Origin: Octopus sinensis
Taxonomy: Eukaryota
Direction: 5' to 3'
DNA length: 64,000 nucleotides
NCBI RefSeq assembly: GCF_006345805.1
Contig: NC_043018.1
Coordinates: 13,764,001 to 13,828,000 of the forward strand
Positions 13,121-26,960 of this stretch are shown piece after piece. Both the position numbers and the translations under genes were made by a program. Below the pieces are notes generated by a model. It worked only from the letters and a program-made list of their open reading frames with translations, searched no databases and was not told the DNA's origin. Every line of letters starts with the position of its first letter. Within the stretch, counting starts at the first letter, position 1.

Positions 13121-14889
13121 GAGAAGCATAGAGAGACTGATAGACCGAGAGAGAGAAAGAGAGAGGAGGAGAAAGTAAGGAAGAGAGAGAGGAGGAGAAA
13201 GTAAGGAAGAGAGAGAGAGAGAGAAAGTGAGAGAGATATAGCAGCAATCGGAAGTAGAAAAATAAATCAGTTGTTTTACTCCAAACTCGAAAGCATTACA
13301 CTAATGTATTCGTATCATTGTTATTTAAGTTCACTATCACAGTTAAAATTTTCTAATGTTTAAATTTATATTTTATGAATGTATGTAGGTAATTATGTAT
13401 GCAAAGATTAAGCATTAGAAGTTAAATGACATATCGCAGAAGACTAACATGTGTGTCTTACACCCACGCACAAACACACACACATTCGCACGCTCGCACT
13501 CTGTATGAAGAAATATTGCTATTGATAAATTAATTTGCCTTTCCGTCTCATCCCGTAACTCTTTGAATGAAACTATAAAAGTTCCCAGACGACCAAAAAC
13601 TTTACCTTTCATTGAAATCTGAACATCAAGAATAAAACTATTAAACATTAACCCTCAACCATTAACCTTGCTGAAGGAAATTTAAAAGATCAGCCAATAA
13701 ATAACAGGCAGGAATAAACCCGTTGCTGGCTTTATTTTTATTTTTATTTTCATTTTATTTGTCCGTTGTCTTTCATCGTATTTCAGAAATTATGAAATTA
13801 AATATTTGTTATTGTTGGTGATGTTGTTTAGAGCCAGGTCAGCAGTATGGGTGAATAGCTTTATGATCAAAGGGGACTGCTTTTGGCTCTGCCCATCTTC
13901 TTTTCTCTTTTAAAACAGTAGAGCGTGACTTGAATAGTATTTTCTCCCCATATCAACCAACGCTGATCGTGGCAATTGCTGTGATTAGTCTTCATTTTTA
14001 TGACTAATTGTTATTTACACAAAGTCAAGCGACTGAGCTTTTCTTCGCTCAGACTATCACCAGGCCATTGGCAGATTTGCAATTAGAGACAGACTTTAAT
14101 GATTTGCGAGATTAATTTCAGTAGGGGTTGTCTTGGTTTCATGGATCATTTCATTTCAATGAAGTATGTTAAGTAAACACAATGTGTGTGTGTGTGTGTG
14201 TGTGTGTTTATTTACACCTATATACATATTTATATATATTTATTTTTAATTAAAATTTGAATTCTAAACGACAGAAAGGGAATTTTAAACACGCAGCGGG
14301 TCATTTCTTTTATTTCTATTTAGAAGTAGATGTTCTACTGTAAAGGATGTTTTAAATGAACGACATTGTAGATCTCAGGTCCAATAAATTCGTATTTATG
14401 TCAGTCAGAATTTTAGGAGTATCAAACAAAATGTTTAGTGGTATTTTCTGCGGTTCCTTACGCTATGAGTTCAAATCCTGCCGTTGTCAACTAAGCCTTA
14501 AATCCCTTCCGGTGTGTATGTGTGTGTGACGCCGTCAAAAGAATTTAGAAGCTTCGAACCTTGAAATGATTCATTCTTCTTAGGAACGGTGAATTTCGAA
14601 TCAAATCTTTGTTGGGTTAAAATCTCTCTGGGCGGAAGAAGGTGGAAGACTGGCTGCGTGACTTGAACCCCCGCGCCTCCTTGAGATTCACTGTTCCTAT
14701 AAATATACGCACACACACGCACACACACGCACACGCACACACACGCACACGCACACACACGCACACACACGCACACGCACACACACGCACACACACACAC
14801 ACGCACACGCACACACACGCACACGCACACACATATGTAAAGAGAGAGAGAAAGAGAAAGGGAGAGAGAGATAGAGAGACAGAGAGGGA

Positions 14890-14922
<33 letters not shown>

Positions 14923-15780
14923 TTAAGTGTTTTGCGATTTTGACATTAAAATGTATGGAAACGTTAGCTTAGAAGTTGTCATGTTCTGTAATGTTTGAAA
15001 GAAGGTTTTATAAATGTTGTCTGCTATTGTCGACTTCTGCTTCAACGACTCCATTTGTTCCTTCAAGAAACCGTAAACACTGTTCAAACTTTTGTCGTCT
15101 GTTTCCTTTGTTGCATTTATAAACATGACACAGTATTCTTCACGTTTTGTCTGACATATTGGCAGTAAGTGCTGCCAAAGTAAAGATGGTGGTAACACAC
15201 AAATACAAACTGCACTATTTGCTCTTAGTTTTAATCGTCTAAGCACACCATAAAATTTCTTTTGATATTATTTATCACGTATTAAATATGATTATTAAAT
15301 AATTCGAAATAACAAAAGCATACGTGCAAACTGACTTATTGAGTGTGTGAAAGTATTGATTTTTTTTGCTGCTGTTACAGAATACAATTGAAGTTGTTTT
15401 TCTTTATCGATCGCTTGCACAAGACATTTAATTCGGTTCTCTAGTATTCCTCTCAAGATAAAGGTTAACAGAAAAGAAGCTGTTTTTCTAATACTTGTCG
15501 TCACTTAAAAGCTATCATTTATCTTTCACCTCGTTCCAGTAATTAAACTGTGGCCATGCTGGGGCATCGCTTTGAAGAATTCTAATCGAACAAATCAACC
15601 CCAGTACTTTTTATAAACTTGGTGCTCATTCTATCGGATTCTTTTGCTGAACTGCTAAGTTACGAGGATGTAAGCTCATCAACAACGGCTGCTCACCAGT
15701 ATTGGGTTACTGATACAGACACAAAACTGTGCATGCACACTCACGCACACACATACGCACATGCATACATACATGTGTGT

Positions 15781-16038
15781 GTATAATCTAGTCCCTTGCG
15801 ACTTTTACATCTTTCCAAAAACCAAATCCCACTTGAAAGGACCAAGATTTCAAGATGTTGAAGAAATCCAAGAGAATCTGAGAAGGCAGCTGCTCCTCAA
15901 AGAGGAATTACGAGACTTCTCCCATCAAGGGAAACGACAGATGGGGGCTATTTCGAAGGAGATTAAATACCGTATTCATATGAGTTGTGGTTTTTTTTTA
16001 TATGGCACCAGTCCCGATAGTAATGATCAGACCTCATA
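15781..16038 (+). mobile_element. Mariner transposase 3' fragment with right TIR, nested in a family C SINE
   Basis: LVPCDFYIFPKTKSHLKGPRFQDVEEIQEN (like DLAPCDFFLFPKLK) and DGGYFEGD*, followed by gatcagacctcaTA. Confidence 0.85.
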
Positions 16039-16318
16039 TGAAGGTGTCACACTCAGGAATTGAACATGAAATGGCATAGTTTGGAAGCGAACTTCTTAAC
16101 CACTTAACCATGCTTTTGTCTATGCTTGAATGTGTGTGTGTGTGTGCGTGTGTGCATTAGTAGGTGATGGTTTTTTTATTTATGGATGTACATGTGTGCA
16201 AGAATATTCATATGGTTTGTATGTGCGCGCGTTTTATATGTTTGTATCAATGAATGTGGGTAGTACGCATGTGTATGGTCTGGTAAATAGTTTGCTTATA
16301 TTTGTGACAGTGTGCGCG

Positions 16319-16356
<38 letters not shown>

Positions 16357-18152
16357 TACAGGTTGAATACGTGAGCATGTATGTACATGTATGTTTGTAT
16401 GCATAAATGTGTATATCTGAGCGTACGTACAACCAAAGTGAGATTATGTAAAGAAATGTAAACTGTCAAAATTTTATAAATTTCAAATGGAACTGTCATT
16501 TCTCAGAAAAATATCCATTTATTAAGCAATCACCACTTCACCCGCCTCCATCACCATAAACAAAATTCGACCCATCATCCTCTACCTCCATCCTCACATA
16601 GTTTTTTTTACAACTTTATATCATTTCATCATGTAACTATGCCACTCACATTCCTTTTCCACCATATTTACTATGTTTTTTTCTTCTGCCATCCGTTAAC
16701 AAGATGGTGTCATCATGTTTATCGTGTTCATTTTTATTAATTCAATATCGTTTAATGACAACACAAATGTAAGAGAAACGCCATTTTGTTTGTGACATTT
16801 TTGTTCTGTTCCTTTTTCTTTCTCCTCTTTTACAGACATTTAGACCAGTGTGATTTGGGGTACGGAGGTGGGTAGTTGTTGGGTCAATTTTGGCAATCTG
16901 TTCAAATATCTTAATTGCTAACCCTAACTGCAATCTCTTTCTCAAACCACTCCCGACACACTCAAGCCCGACCTTAAAATCTCGGACCAAAATCCCTTTG
17001 CAACACTTTTATTGGTTTCGATTAATCATTCGACTGCAGCCATGCTGGAGCGCCGCATTGGGCGTTTTAGTCGAACGAATCGTTCCCAGCACTTATTCTT
17101 TTAACCCGATACATATACTATTGGTCTCATCCGACGAAACGTCTATTTAAGCGAGAGATTTGTTGTCTAGTACAGAGAGATAACAGTAGTAAGTTCTTTC
17201 ACATTTATCAACGTAGTCGCGGCAATCTTTCCACTTTTGAGCGCTTTAATCCCTACTCCCGTGACTTCAGACTGTGAGGTTAGTTGTCATCTGTAGATGT
17301 CCTTCGTGTCTTCCAGAAGATTTTATTGTGAGTGGATTCAAGAAATCAGCAAAGCATGTTCTTTACCTCTTAAGGATACTCCCCTGTAGAGAAAAGATTC
17401 AAATGCTGCCGAAGTCGACTTTGCCTTTCATCATCACGAGGTCGATAAAATAAGTATCAGTTGAGCTTTGGGATCGACGTAATCGACTTACCACTTATCC
17501 CGAAAGTGCTGTCCATGTGTCGCAATCTGAAACCAATATCTCACACTTTGTAAACTTTTATTCTTCTAATAAAATTTTTGTATACATGATCCAGCACGTT
17601 GATTGATATAACAATACCAGGTTATCGAAACGATCGTAACTAATTAATAATTGTGATACCACTAAGTTATTTTATTTTATATGTATATACATATATACCT
17701 ATGCTTCCATCCACACACACACATATTTACTTACATCTGTATATGCACACAACTATATCTCTCAATGTATGCATATGTGTATGTATGTCTATGTACCTAT
17801 ATTTGTATGTATGTATATGTGTGCGTGAATACGTGTATGTTTATATATAATTGTTCATAAATTGTGCATATTTATATGTATATATATGAGTGTTCAAACC
17901 CCCCCCCCATACACGCATACCCAAATGTCAATATCTTTATGGAAGCAAACACGCTGATCGGGAATGGTGAAGTTGTTAATGGTCACGTGCACGAATAAGT
18001 TCGATGAAAAGATTCTTAAGAAGACAACTTTTACAAGTCAGCCATATTCTTTGAAAGCTCCTGTTTTTATTTCTTGCTTCTAAATGCCTCTCCATATTTC
18101 TAAAGATCTATAGAACCACTCCCACACACACATGTATATTTGGATACATTTA

Positions 18153-18295
<143 letters not shown>

Positions 18296-18448
18296 TGAAG
18301 TAGATAATGAATTATCTTATTACGGATAATTCAAATGATAACCGATACCTGGGTAGCAAAAATCACAACAGAAAAAGCACTGTTGAGGCTACGACCATTG
18401 GGCCTAAACTCCGTGCCTTAGTGCGGAAATTAGAAGTTTTATATATTT

Positions 18449-18551
18449 AGTGTAGGAAGAAATGGAGCTGAACGAAGATTTAACAAAATTCCTTTTTATA
18501 TTTTCTACATAGGAATTTTGTTAAATCTTCGTTCAGCTCCATTTCTTCATA

Positions 18552-18555
<4 letters not shown>
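18449..18555. repeat. 45-bp inverted repeat (one mismatch) with 17-nt loop
   Basis: 18449-18493 is the reverse complement of 18511-18555. Confidence 0.95.
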
Positions 18556-18595
<40 letters not shown>

Positions 18596-18959
18596 AGACA
18601 CGGTGTTTTTTTTATCTCTGTATTTGCTCACACGGGCTCATATATTACACGCCCACAGACGCATCATCTTGGTTTATCAGCTTTAAAGATCACTACAAAT
18701 AAGAACAGGAAGCCTCGCATTCAGTGCGTGGAGTATATACGTGATCGACTACAACAACGTCAGCACTTCCTTCGTACGTCATTTTGTCAGTTGCGTTATA
18801 GTCGTCATGGCCTCTCTCGCCATGGTAACAAGTTTACTTCCAATAAACACGGTTCCATTTTCAGTTTCGCTGCGGGGCACCTTGGACAAGTATCGGCTAC
18901 TAGAGCCCCGAACCGACCAAGGACTTGTTACTGCCTCTGGCAGACTCAAATTGAAAGAT

Positions 18960-19059
18960 NNNNNNNNNNNNNNNNNNNNNNNNNNNNNNNNNNNNNNNNN
19001 NNNNNNNNNNNNNNNNNNNNNNNNNNNNNNNNNNNNNNNNNNNNNNNNNNNNNNNNNNN
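18960..19059. other. Assembly gap (100 N)
   Basis: Run of N. It falls within the putative 3' UTR of the peptide gene. Confidence 1.
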
Positions 19060-19187
19060 GGAAGCTCGAGATGGAGAGAGAGAAAGAGAGAAGGAAAGAG
19101 ATAGAAATTGTGATAAACAAAATGTAAAACTGAGAAAATGGAGAAGATGTAGAGTCACTGAATGGAAATCAAGTAAATATATATATC

Positions 19188-19288
19188 TTATGTGTCTGCA
19201 TATTGCTTTCTTCCGAACCTGGCTATCTTCAAGCATGGTTTTTCACTGCGTCGGCGCCGAAAATCTTCGTCTTTTCGAGTCGCCAATA
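19188..19288 (-). CDS. Terminal coding exon of the putative RFamide precursor ((V)LATRKDEDFRRRRSEKPCLKIARFGRKQYADT*)
   Basis: Acceptor gaattttcag. Phase 1 matches the signal exon and gives an RRRR convertase site followed by RF-G-RK, an amidation and cleavage motif. The stretch is CpG-rich and non-repetitive. The polypyrimidine tract is short and the splice join is inferred. Confidence 0.68.
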
Positions 19289-19495
19289 CTGAAAATTCAT
19301 TCTTCATCACACTAAAATTGTAGGCAATTGAATGAGTTCTTTCTTTCCGATCTCTACTACTGCTACTACTACTACTTCCCAACAAATAGTAACTGATGTG
19401 GTAGTAGTAGTAGTAGTAGTATAAGTAATAGTAGTAGTAGTATTAGTAGTAGTAGTATAAGTAATAGTAGTAGTAGTATTAGTAGTAGTAGTAGT

Positions 19496-19536
<41 letters not shown>

Positions 19537-19899
19537 TAGTGATGTTGCACTTGTTATTGTCACTGCTGCTGCAGGTCTCTGACATTTACAATTGGCTGTT
19601 CTGATCTGCGGAGAAGTGGCTGTTCTTTACAGCGGACGAATAATCTTCGTCCACCATCTTCTTTTTGAAACAAAATCTGAAGGGAGAGTTTACTAAACCA
19701 GATCCAATTTGCCCCTTAGGATTACAGATGGAGAAAACAACACTAACCAACTCCCTAAGGTCCCCGTTACTTTATCTCTGTAACAATAACAAATGTCCAA
19801 TATATAATTTGTCCAATATGTAACAATATGAAAAACAATAAGTCTCATGGGAGTGATGTGCAATATGTCTCGAATAACGAACAAGAACAATAATAATAA

Positions 19900-20109
19900 T
19901 AATCCTTTCAACTATAAGCATAAAGCTTCAGATTTTAGTGGAGAGGGGCTTACTAAATTACATCGATTAGTACTCATTAGTACTTGTTTTATCGACTCGG
20001 AAAAGATGAAAGGTAAAGCAACCTCGGCAGAATTTGAATACCGCTAAGCATTATGTCCGCTCGCCGTCTTAATAATAATAATAATAATAATAATAATATA
20101 ATAATAATA

Positions 20110-20168
<59 letters not shown>

Positions 20169-20415
20169 CCTTTCTACTATAGGCACAAGGCCTCAGATTT
20201 GGTGAGAGGGGTCCAGTCGATTTGTTCGACCCCAGGTGGACGGGAGTGGTCGATTACGTCGAGCTCAGTGTTCAACTGGTACTTAACTTACTGACCTGAA
20301 AAGGATGAAAGGCAAAGTCGAACTCGTTGGAATTTGAACTCAGAACGTAGCGACGGGCTAAATATCGATAAGCATTTCGTCCAGCGTGCTAACGAATCTG
20401 CCAGCTCACTGCCTT
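19900..20415 (-). mobile_element. Two decayed SINE B copies separated and flanked by (TAA)n
   Basis: aaggatgaaaggcaaagtcga and ctcggcagaatttgaa motifs at about 20000 and 20300. Confidence 0.7.
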
Positions 20416-20467
20416 CAGTAATAATAATAATAATAATATAATAATAATAAAAAATAATAATAATCTT

Positions 20468-21061
20468 AATGCCCAGATGCAGTACCAGGCTGTGGCTCTA
20501 TATGGATACCCTGGTGCAGTACCAGGCAGTGGCTCTCATTGCTTTTGATCTTAAATGATTGGAAGTGTTATCATGTATATTATTTTGTCTTGGTATACAA
20601 GATGGGCTACAGCAAATATTCTGCTCAATACCACAGATTTGCTTGTCAGTTGTTTGACCTTAACCAGTTGAGCATGTCCCTTAGTGGCTGACGATATGTG
20701 AATTTCTGATCACGAGCAGAAGTAGTGGGGGAGCATCATAGCCATGTGTTGAGAGGGATTCTTTGGGGTTTGAAGAATTCACCTCTGGAAACATAGGGGA
20801 TTTGTTCATCATCTTTCAACAAACATCATTGAAGGAACCATTGAGCTGGATGGGCTTCTCAACCGGAAGAAAATTCTAACTGGGCCCCACCTGCAAGGTC
20901 ATGTGCTGTTTACCTTGATATGAGATCACCATGTCACGCACATATGGTTGTGATGCATGTGCTTGGTGTACCCTTATCAGACAGGTAGTCATGATGGGTA
21001 TACTGGACTTCAAATATTTTACCCCAGTGTCAATTTGATGGCAGGCACTGCTCTCTCACTC
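20468..21061. mobile_element. About 600-bp non-coding, non-tRNA interspersed element embedded in (TAA)n
   Basis: TAA runs on both sides. The left end (ccctgatgcagtaccaggcagtggctctcat) is locally duplicated and recurs at 34196-34363. Confidence 0.7.
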
Positions 21062-21548
21062 AATAATAATAATAATTATTATAATAATACTGGGAATATT
21101 AATTTTTTGTTCTTGAGAGTATATAAACAATAGAAAGTTTTTTTTTTCGCATACCATGTATTATAACTGACTGCAATAAATGGTTGACATTTCTCACCAT
21201 TTGAACAATACATAATTTATACAAGTCTTGTGTTATTTCCCACACATAAATATTCATATAGAACGTAGTCAGAAATGTGAATGATTCTGAAACGATTGAA
21301 ACTGATATTATGGATTAGGTTGTCATCTATTTTCCTCTATAAAAACAGACACCAACTCATTCTGTCAGTGATACGTATTTGGTTTTCTCCGCATCTATGA
21401 ATTATATATTATGGAATCACGACATTAAATATCAGACATAATGTGTAGCTAACCGCGTATTAGTATCGAATACTGCGTAAACGATACGTCAAGGCTTTAC
21501 TAAATCCAAATTTACTTTATATATATAATCGCAGATATTATCTGTCTG

Positions 21549-21667
<119 letters not shown>

Positions 21668-21859
21668 GTCTGTCTGTCTATCTATATTTCGCTTGGGTAG
21701 TGCGAGACCAATAAGCTGGTGGAGACTTCAAGGTACATACGTTTCGGAACGAAACGTTAGTCCAGTCAGAACAGAAATAGGAGACCGAGATGGCAAAAGA
21801 AAAAAGAAAACGAAGAATATCAGGAAAAACTAAATTCAAAATATGAGTATATGTATGTT

Positions 21860-22150
21860 TTTATTAAAATTTTGGAGAAGTTACAAAGTGACACGAACTC
21901 CGAGATTTTCGAGTGTTGATAAGTGCATTAGTAAGTGTCACTGTTACCGCGTGTGTACCGTTGGCGATTTTTTTCCTCTGTCTTCCCTTCTCTGGATCTT
22001 TCCTTCTCCTATGTTTCCGACGAAAAGCTCCTCTCGAAACGTTAAACCCTCCTTCTTTCCTTCTTTCCTGAGCGTCCAATAATACTATATTTGTTCCACG
22101 TCCTCGCGTTGTTGTGTTTTTTTTGTGCTTTCTTGATTGGATTAACTAAT
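21860..22150 (+). mobile_element. pLTR-like fragment carrying the 22013 hammerhead; its 3' part recurs inverted at about 51732-51805
   Basis: 22080-22150 (aataatactatatttgttccacgtcctcgcgttgttgtg..) matches the reverse complement of 51732-51805. Both copies abut (TA)n. Confidence 0.5.
22013..22047 (+). ncRNA. Minimal hammerhead variant (core CCGACGA), helix II decayed
   Basis: GUUU-CCGACGA-AAAGC-UCC-UCUC-GAAA-CGUU^AAAC: helix I pairs, U4 to C core change, helix II mismatched. Confidence 0.42.
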
Positions 22151-22472
22151 ATATATATATAAGATTATATATACTTAGATATCTATATAGGGCATTAAAT
22201 TTTTACAAATTTATTACCAGTGGCCTAGCATGCATAAAAAGTCAATAGATCACATATTATTCAATATGAGACACGTGCTCTCGGTCTCATAGTTATAAGT
22301 TAGTCTTGGATGGCTCGGTTACTGAAGAGGATTTGCCTGGTAAATTAACTTATTTTATTTTATTTACTAAAAAAAATCGGAAATCTATAAGTATAACTGT
22401 AAAACAAGTAAAAAGTTTTGTTTTTCATTCCCTTCGAAATTGCTAAAATATATATATATATATAAAATATAT

Positions 22473-22525
<53 letters not shown>

Positions 22526-22726
22526 GATGTATGTATGTATGTATGTATGTATTATGTATGTATGTATGTATGATGTATGTATGCATGTATGTATGTATGT
22601 AGTATGTATATATATATATATATATATATATTATGTATGTAGTATGTATGTATATATGTATGTATGTATGTATGTATATATTATATAGATATATGTATGT
22701 ATGTTATATGTATGTATGTATGTATG

Positions 22727-22764
<38 letters not shown>

Positions 22765-22797
22765 TATATATATATATAGTGATATATCTATATATCT

Positions 22798-22851
<54 letters not shown>

Positions 22852-23859
22852 CACAATGTACCATTTTTCTGGCAATGTCTATTTTCATGGGAGGAGTGGA
22901 CTTGTGTACAATATAAGCCCTTGATTGCTAGAAACACATCATCTGTGCAGGTTGTTCAGTAAGGAATTTCAGAACTGTCTTTCTCGGCGATCGAGAGACA
23001 GCCATTATTAGTAATATTGAATAAAAGCTTGGAATCGCCTTTTATCGATATATTCGATCGGAAATGTCCTCAAAGTCGAGCAACAGCAAAACGACGAAGA
23101 CGACAACTCTGCAACAACAAAAACAAAAGGCAACAATAACAACAGCATCAATAACAGCAACTGCAAAGCAGTCTTGTCTTGTATTTGATGACTGCTTTCA
23201 ATGAAAGGAAATGAAAAATAAAAATGTATTAAGCATGTTAATTACAAATATAGTCGTATTTAATCCTTCTTCATAATCCTTTAATGCCGTCTTTCACAAC
23301 GGAATTCATTGAGAGATTATCTTCAAGGTGAAATAGTGATGAAAAGATAATCGTGCAGTATCTAAAATTCTTAACACGAACTTAGAATTTTGCCATAAGA
23401 TAAACCAGTAATTTCTTGTCTACAAACGGCATTATACTACACTACTTGGTATTCTGGCATAAATATAATGAATAATTTTATTTGTTTTCTTTTGTTGTTT
23501 TTCTTTTTCATATTTTATTTGATGAATTAATAAATACATGAATCATAATAAAAGAATGAAAATGCAAATTTAATTTCAGGCTTCTTTTCGTTTATTTTCA
23601 AGCGTTGGTTTGTTGTAAGACCCACTTATTTTTTCTCGTTATAGTCTCGTTACTTTTATTGGTGGTGTTTTTTGTTTTCGTTAAGCACCGGTCTTTTTTT
23701 AATAGATTAATTCTATAATCAAAGGACATTCTAGTTATGGCAAATCTTATTTTGTATTATCTTCAAGCATTGTCCATCTACAACTGCATTTTCTTATGTG
23801 CTGGTTTTTTTTTAATCTTTTTGCTCAACCATTTCCTTGTCCAATGTATTAATAATAAG

Positions 23860-23992
23860 CATCTCCTAAACCACATCGTTCTGGGTTGAGTCCCATTGCA
23901 TGGCACCTTGGGCAAGTGTCTTCTACTATCGCCTCGAGCCGACCAAAGCCTTGTTAGTGGATTTGGTAGACGGAAACTGAAAGAAGCCCGTA

Positions 23993-24033
<41 letters not shown>

Positions 24034-24235
24034 GTTGTGTGTCTGTGTTTGTCCCACCCAACATCGCTTGACAACCGATGCTGGTGTGCTTACGTCCCCG
24101 TAACCTAGCGGTTCGGCAAAAGAGACCGATAGAATAAGTACTAGGCTTACAAAAAATAAGTGCTAGATTTGATTAGCTCGTCTAAAGGCGGTGCTCCAGC
24201 ATGGCCACAGTCAAATGACTGAAACAATTAAAAGA
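23860..24235 (+). mobile_element. SINE family C in the peptide-gene intron (other C fragments at about 11575, 12010, 15525, 17025, 18850, 24330, 25440, 27830 and 37930)
   Basis: ggcaccttgggcaagtgtcttctact..gaagcccg(ta)n..ggcggtgctccagcatggcc. Confidence 0.85.
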
Positions 24236-24562
24236 TTAAACGTCTACGATTGTTGTCATACTTTCGGTTTGTCTTTGTTTCATACATTCTGGCTAATATC
24301 TTTAATCTTTAATCTTTCATCTTTTATCTTCCTCTTCTTTCAGTCATCAGACTGCAGCCATACTGGGGCACCGCCTTCGTGTATTTTAGTCGAACAAATC
24401 GACACAATACTTTTTTAAAGACTGGCAGGTACAAACCGCTAAGTTACTGGGACGTAAACGCAATAACACCAGTTGTAAGGTGGTGTGTGTGTGTGTGTTG
24501 GTAGCAAATGCAAAATCAAAACACACACACATGGACACTGACACACACACACATGGACACGA

Positions 24563-24600
<38 letters not shown>

Positions 24601-26769
24601 TCACTTTTCCGACTGGCTTCTTTCTGTTTCCCTATACCAAATCTACTTTCAAGGATTCCCTTGACTCGAGCTGCTCTGCTGTGGAACTGAACCCGGAGCA
24701 ATGCAGTTGGGTCCTTTCGTACTCTGATTGTTCAAAAATAAATGGGAATGTGATTCATGTATGATACCCGGATGGCTGGGAAACAAGATCTGGGTATTAT
24801 AAGGGATACAAATTACAGGCAAAGGGTGTAAGTGGTTCTGTGTGATATTAAAGAAGATTTCACTGCTATTTCCAGCAAGTCGATTAACTCTGCAGAACCC
24901 TCACCATATTGGCTCCTCTTATTTCTATTTTCTTTTATTATACAAACGAATGATACAGCTAAGATCAATATATATTGTGATTTCTGACATTTTCTAATTG
25001 TTATTGTATTTCCGTCATCTCCCTCTCCTTCTCTCTCACACTCTCTCTCTCTCTCGCAGGCAGAGATTTATCAGTGAGATAGTGGCAACTATGATTACAA
25101 TTCTTAATAGCTCCAACACGTAGGAAAGATGAATGTCCTTGTTCTAAGTGAATATGTAAATATTTCCCTTACAACATAATCCTTTGAGTATTTTACACTC
25201 AAAACGACGTGAACAAACGAAAACAGCTGTAATTTATTTACAGAAGAACGAGAATAACATAATAATTTACTTCGGCTTCGGTGGTCGAAGGAACGCAGAC
25301 ATGTTCTGTGTTGTAGCTAAGTTTCTCATTGCTGGCGAGCGAAGATATGTGTGGCTCTTTCTCTTAATTAGCAACAGGAAATCTTGTGGCTCTTCGTACA
25401 TGCGTCATGAGAAACGGCCTGTGACCTTGCTACACCTCTGGGACTGTCTAAACGATTAAGAAACTTGCTTTGGAATCGTAACGTTCTACGTTCGATCATG
25501 ATGCGTTTAGACCTTAGACAAATATCTTCTACCATAACCTAGGGCTGATTCAAACCTGATGAGTGAAGTTGTAATTCGAAAACTGTCCGGGAACTAGAAT
25601 CTGCCTCATACACCGTATTATGCCGACTCTTTGAGAGGCTTGCGTGAAGTGTGGATTACATGCCTCTCAGAAATATTTAACCTTTACATTAACTACAATA
25701 ATTTAAGGGCTTTTCTGAAATTCAAAAGGCTAACGCTGTCGCATTTAATCTATCTGAATATATGCTATATATTCAAGTATTTCTAGAAATTTTGATTAAA
25801 ATAATGTTAATGGAATTTGACGCAATTCAGGACATGAATGAGGACTAAATATGCGTTGTGTTGTTTCAGTGTTAACGATATTCTCAACATTGGCATATGG
25901 GTTCAGACTTCCTCACTTTTACCATCAGGTTGACGAATGTCTCCTGACGACTTCCTTGAAAATTACTGTTGTGATATAAAACTTTAATGGGAAAAATGCA
26001 AAATGGATTGACGCTACTTTTATCGTTCTCTTTTTACGGAGCCTCACCTTTACGGCTATATGCAAACCAGTTTGTAGACATGTGTTGACACCCAGAATGT
26101 AAACAGCCGAAACAAATACTGTTAAACATTTTGTCTACAGCTCTAACAATATCGCAGCACAAAAACGAAGATCCGAATCGTTCCTAAATATGTTAGTGGA
26201 ATTAGAGAAATAAGTCTTGAAGAGAAACTGGCAATCAGTAAAGAGCCAAACATATTTAAATAACTTTGAAAGAAAGAAATATTTATCTCCATCGGTTTGG
26301 TAAGCAACTTGATGCAGGCAAATCGATATTGGATTTATGGACGGAGTGAGTAGAATTCGGAACGACACCACCCTTTATTGCCAGATCTTTAGTTATCCTT
26401 AGCAGAGACGTCCATGGGTTCGTACCAAAGTTCTGATCTGAAGGTAGCTTCTCCAATTCAGCTCTTTCAGCCTTATGGGCACTGTCCCATCTTTCTCACT
26501 CTAAGCCCTAAATAAAATTGAGTAATTTAAGTAGTGTCTATGTGGCTACTCGATCTGCTAAACCATGCAGCGAAATGTCCCTCAAATCATAACTTACTTT
26601 TTTGGAATAAGGTAATGCACATTGGTTAACGTAGTTCGAGGTACACGTAGACAGTCGAGACGATCATACATAGAATGCCTTGGATTAGAAACCTGCTTGG
26701 ACGGTGTTGAATTGGGGCTAAATTACAAGAATAATAACAAGTTGTACCATACGAACTAAATAACAGCCG

Positions 26770-26960
26770 TAATCGTCATCATCGTCATCATCATCATCAT
26801 CGTCATCATCATCGTCATCGTCATCATCATCGTCATCATCATCGTCACCATCATCATCATCGTCATCATCGTCATCATCATCATCATTGGCAGCAGCAGC
26901 AGCACTAGTAGCACTAGTAGCAGTAGTAGTAGTAGTAGTAGTAGTAGTAGCAGCAGTAAT
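26770..26960. repeat. (CAT/CGT)n followed by (CAG)/(TAG)n microsatellite
   Basis: Direct reading. Confidence 0.95.

Noticed and set aside
14923-15246. 107-aa non-repetitive minus-strand ORF
   Set aside because: No recognisable motif, convincing splice sites or start context. It cannot be supported without a homology search.
17130-17150. ccgacgaaacgtc resembling a ribozyme 3' half
   Set aside because: No upstream core, and it lies in a decayed SINE C tail.
18816-18829. RFX X-box-like ctcgccatggtaac
   Set aside because: A single imperfect motif with no promoter context.
18518-19315. 265-aa ORF, the longest in the track
   Set aside because: It runs through (TA)n, a decayed SINE and the 100-N gap, and is antisense to the better-supported peptide exon.
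21207-21295. Open minus-strand cassette (ESFTFLTTFYMNIYVWEITQ..) inside the peptide-gene intron
   Set aside because: The splice sites are only moderate and the peptide is unlike a propeptide spacer; probably chance.
25555-25600. CTGATGA...CGAAAACTGTC hammerhead-like string
   Set aside because: Helix I does not pair, and the string aligns to a decayed family C SINE segment (caaagccttgtgagtggatttggtagacggaaactg).
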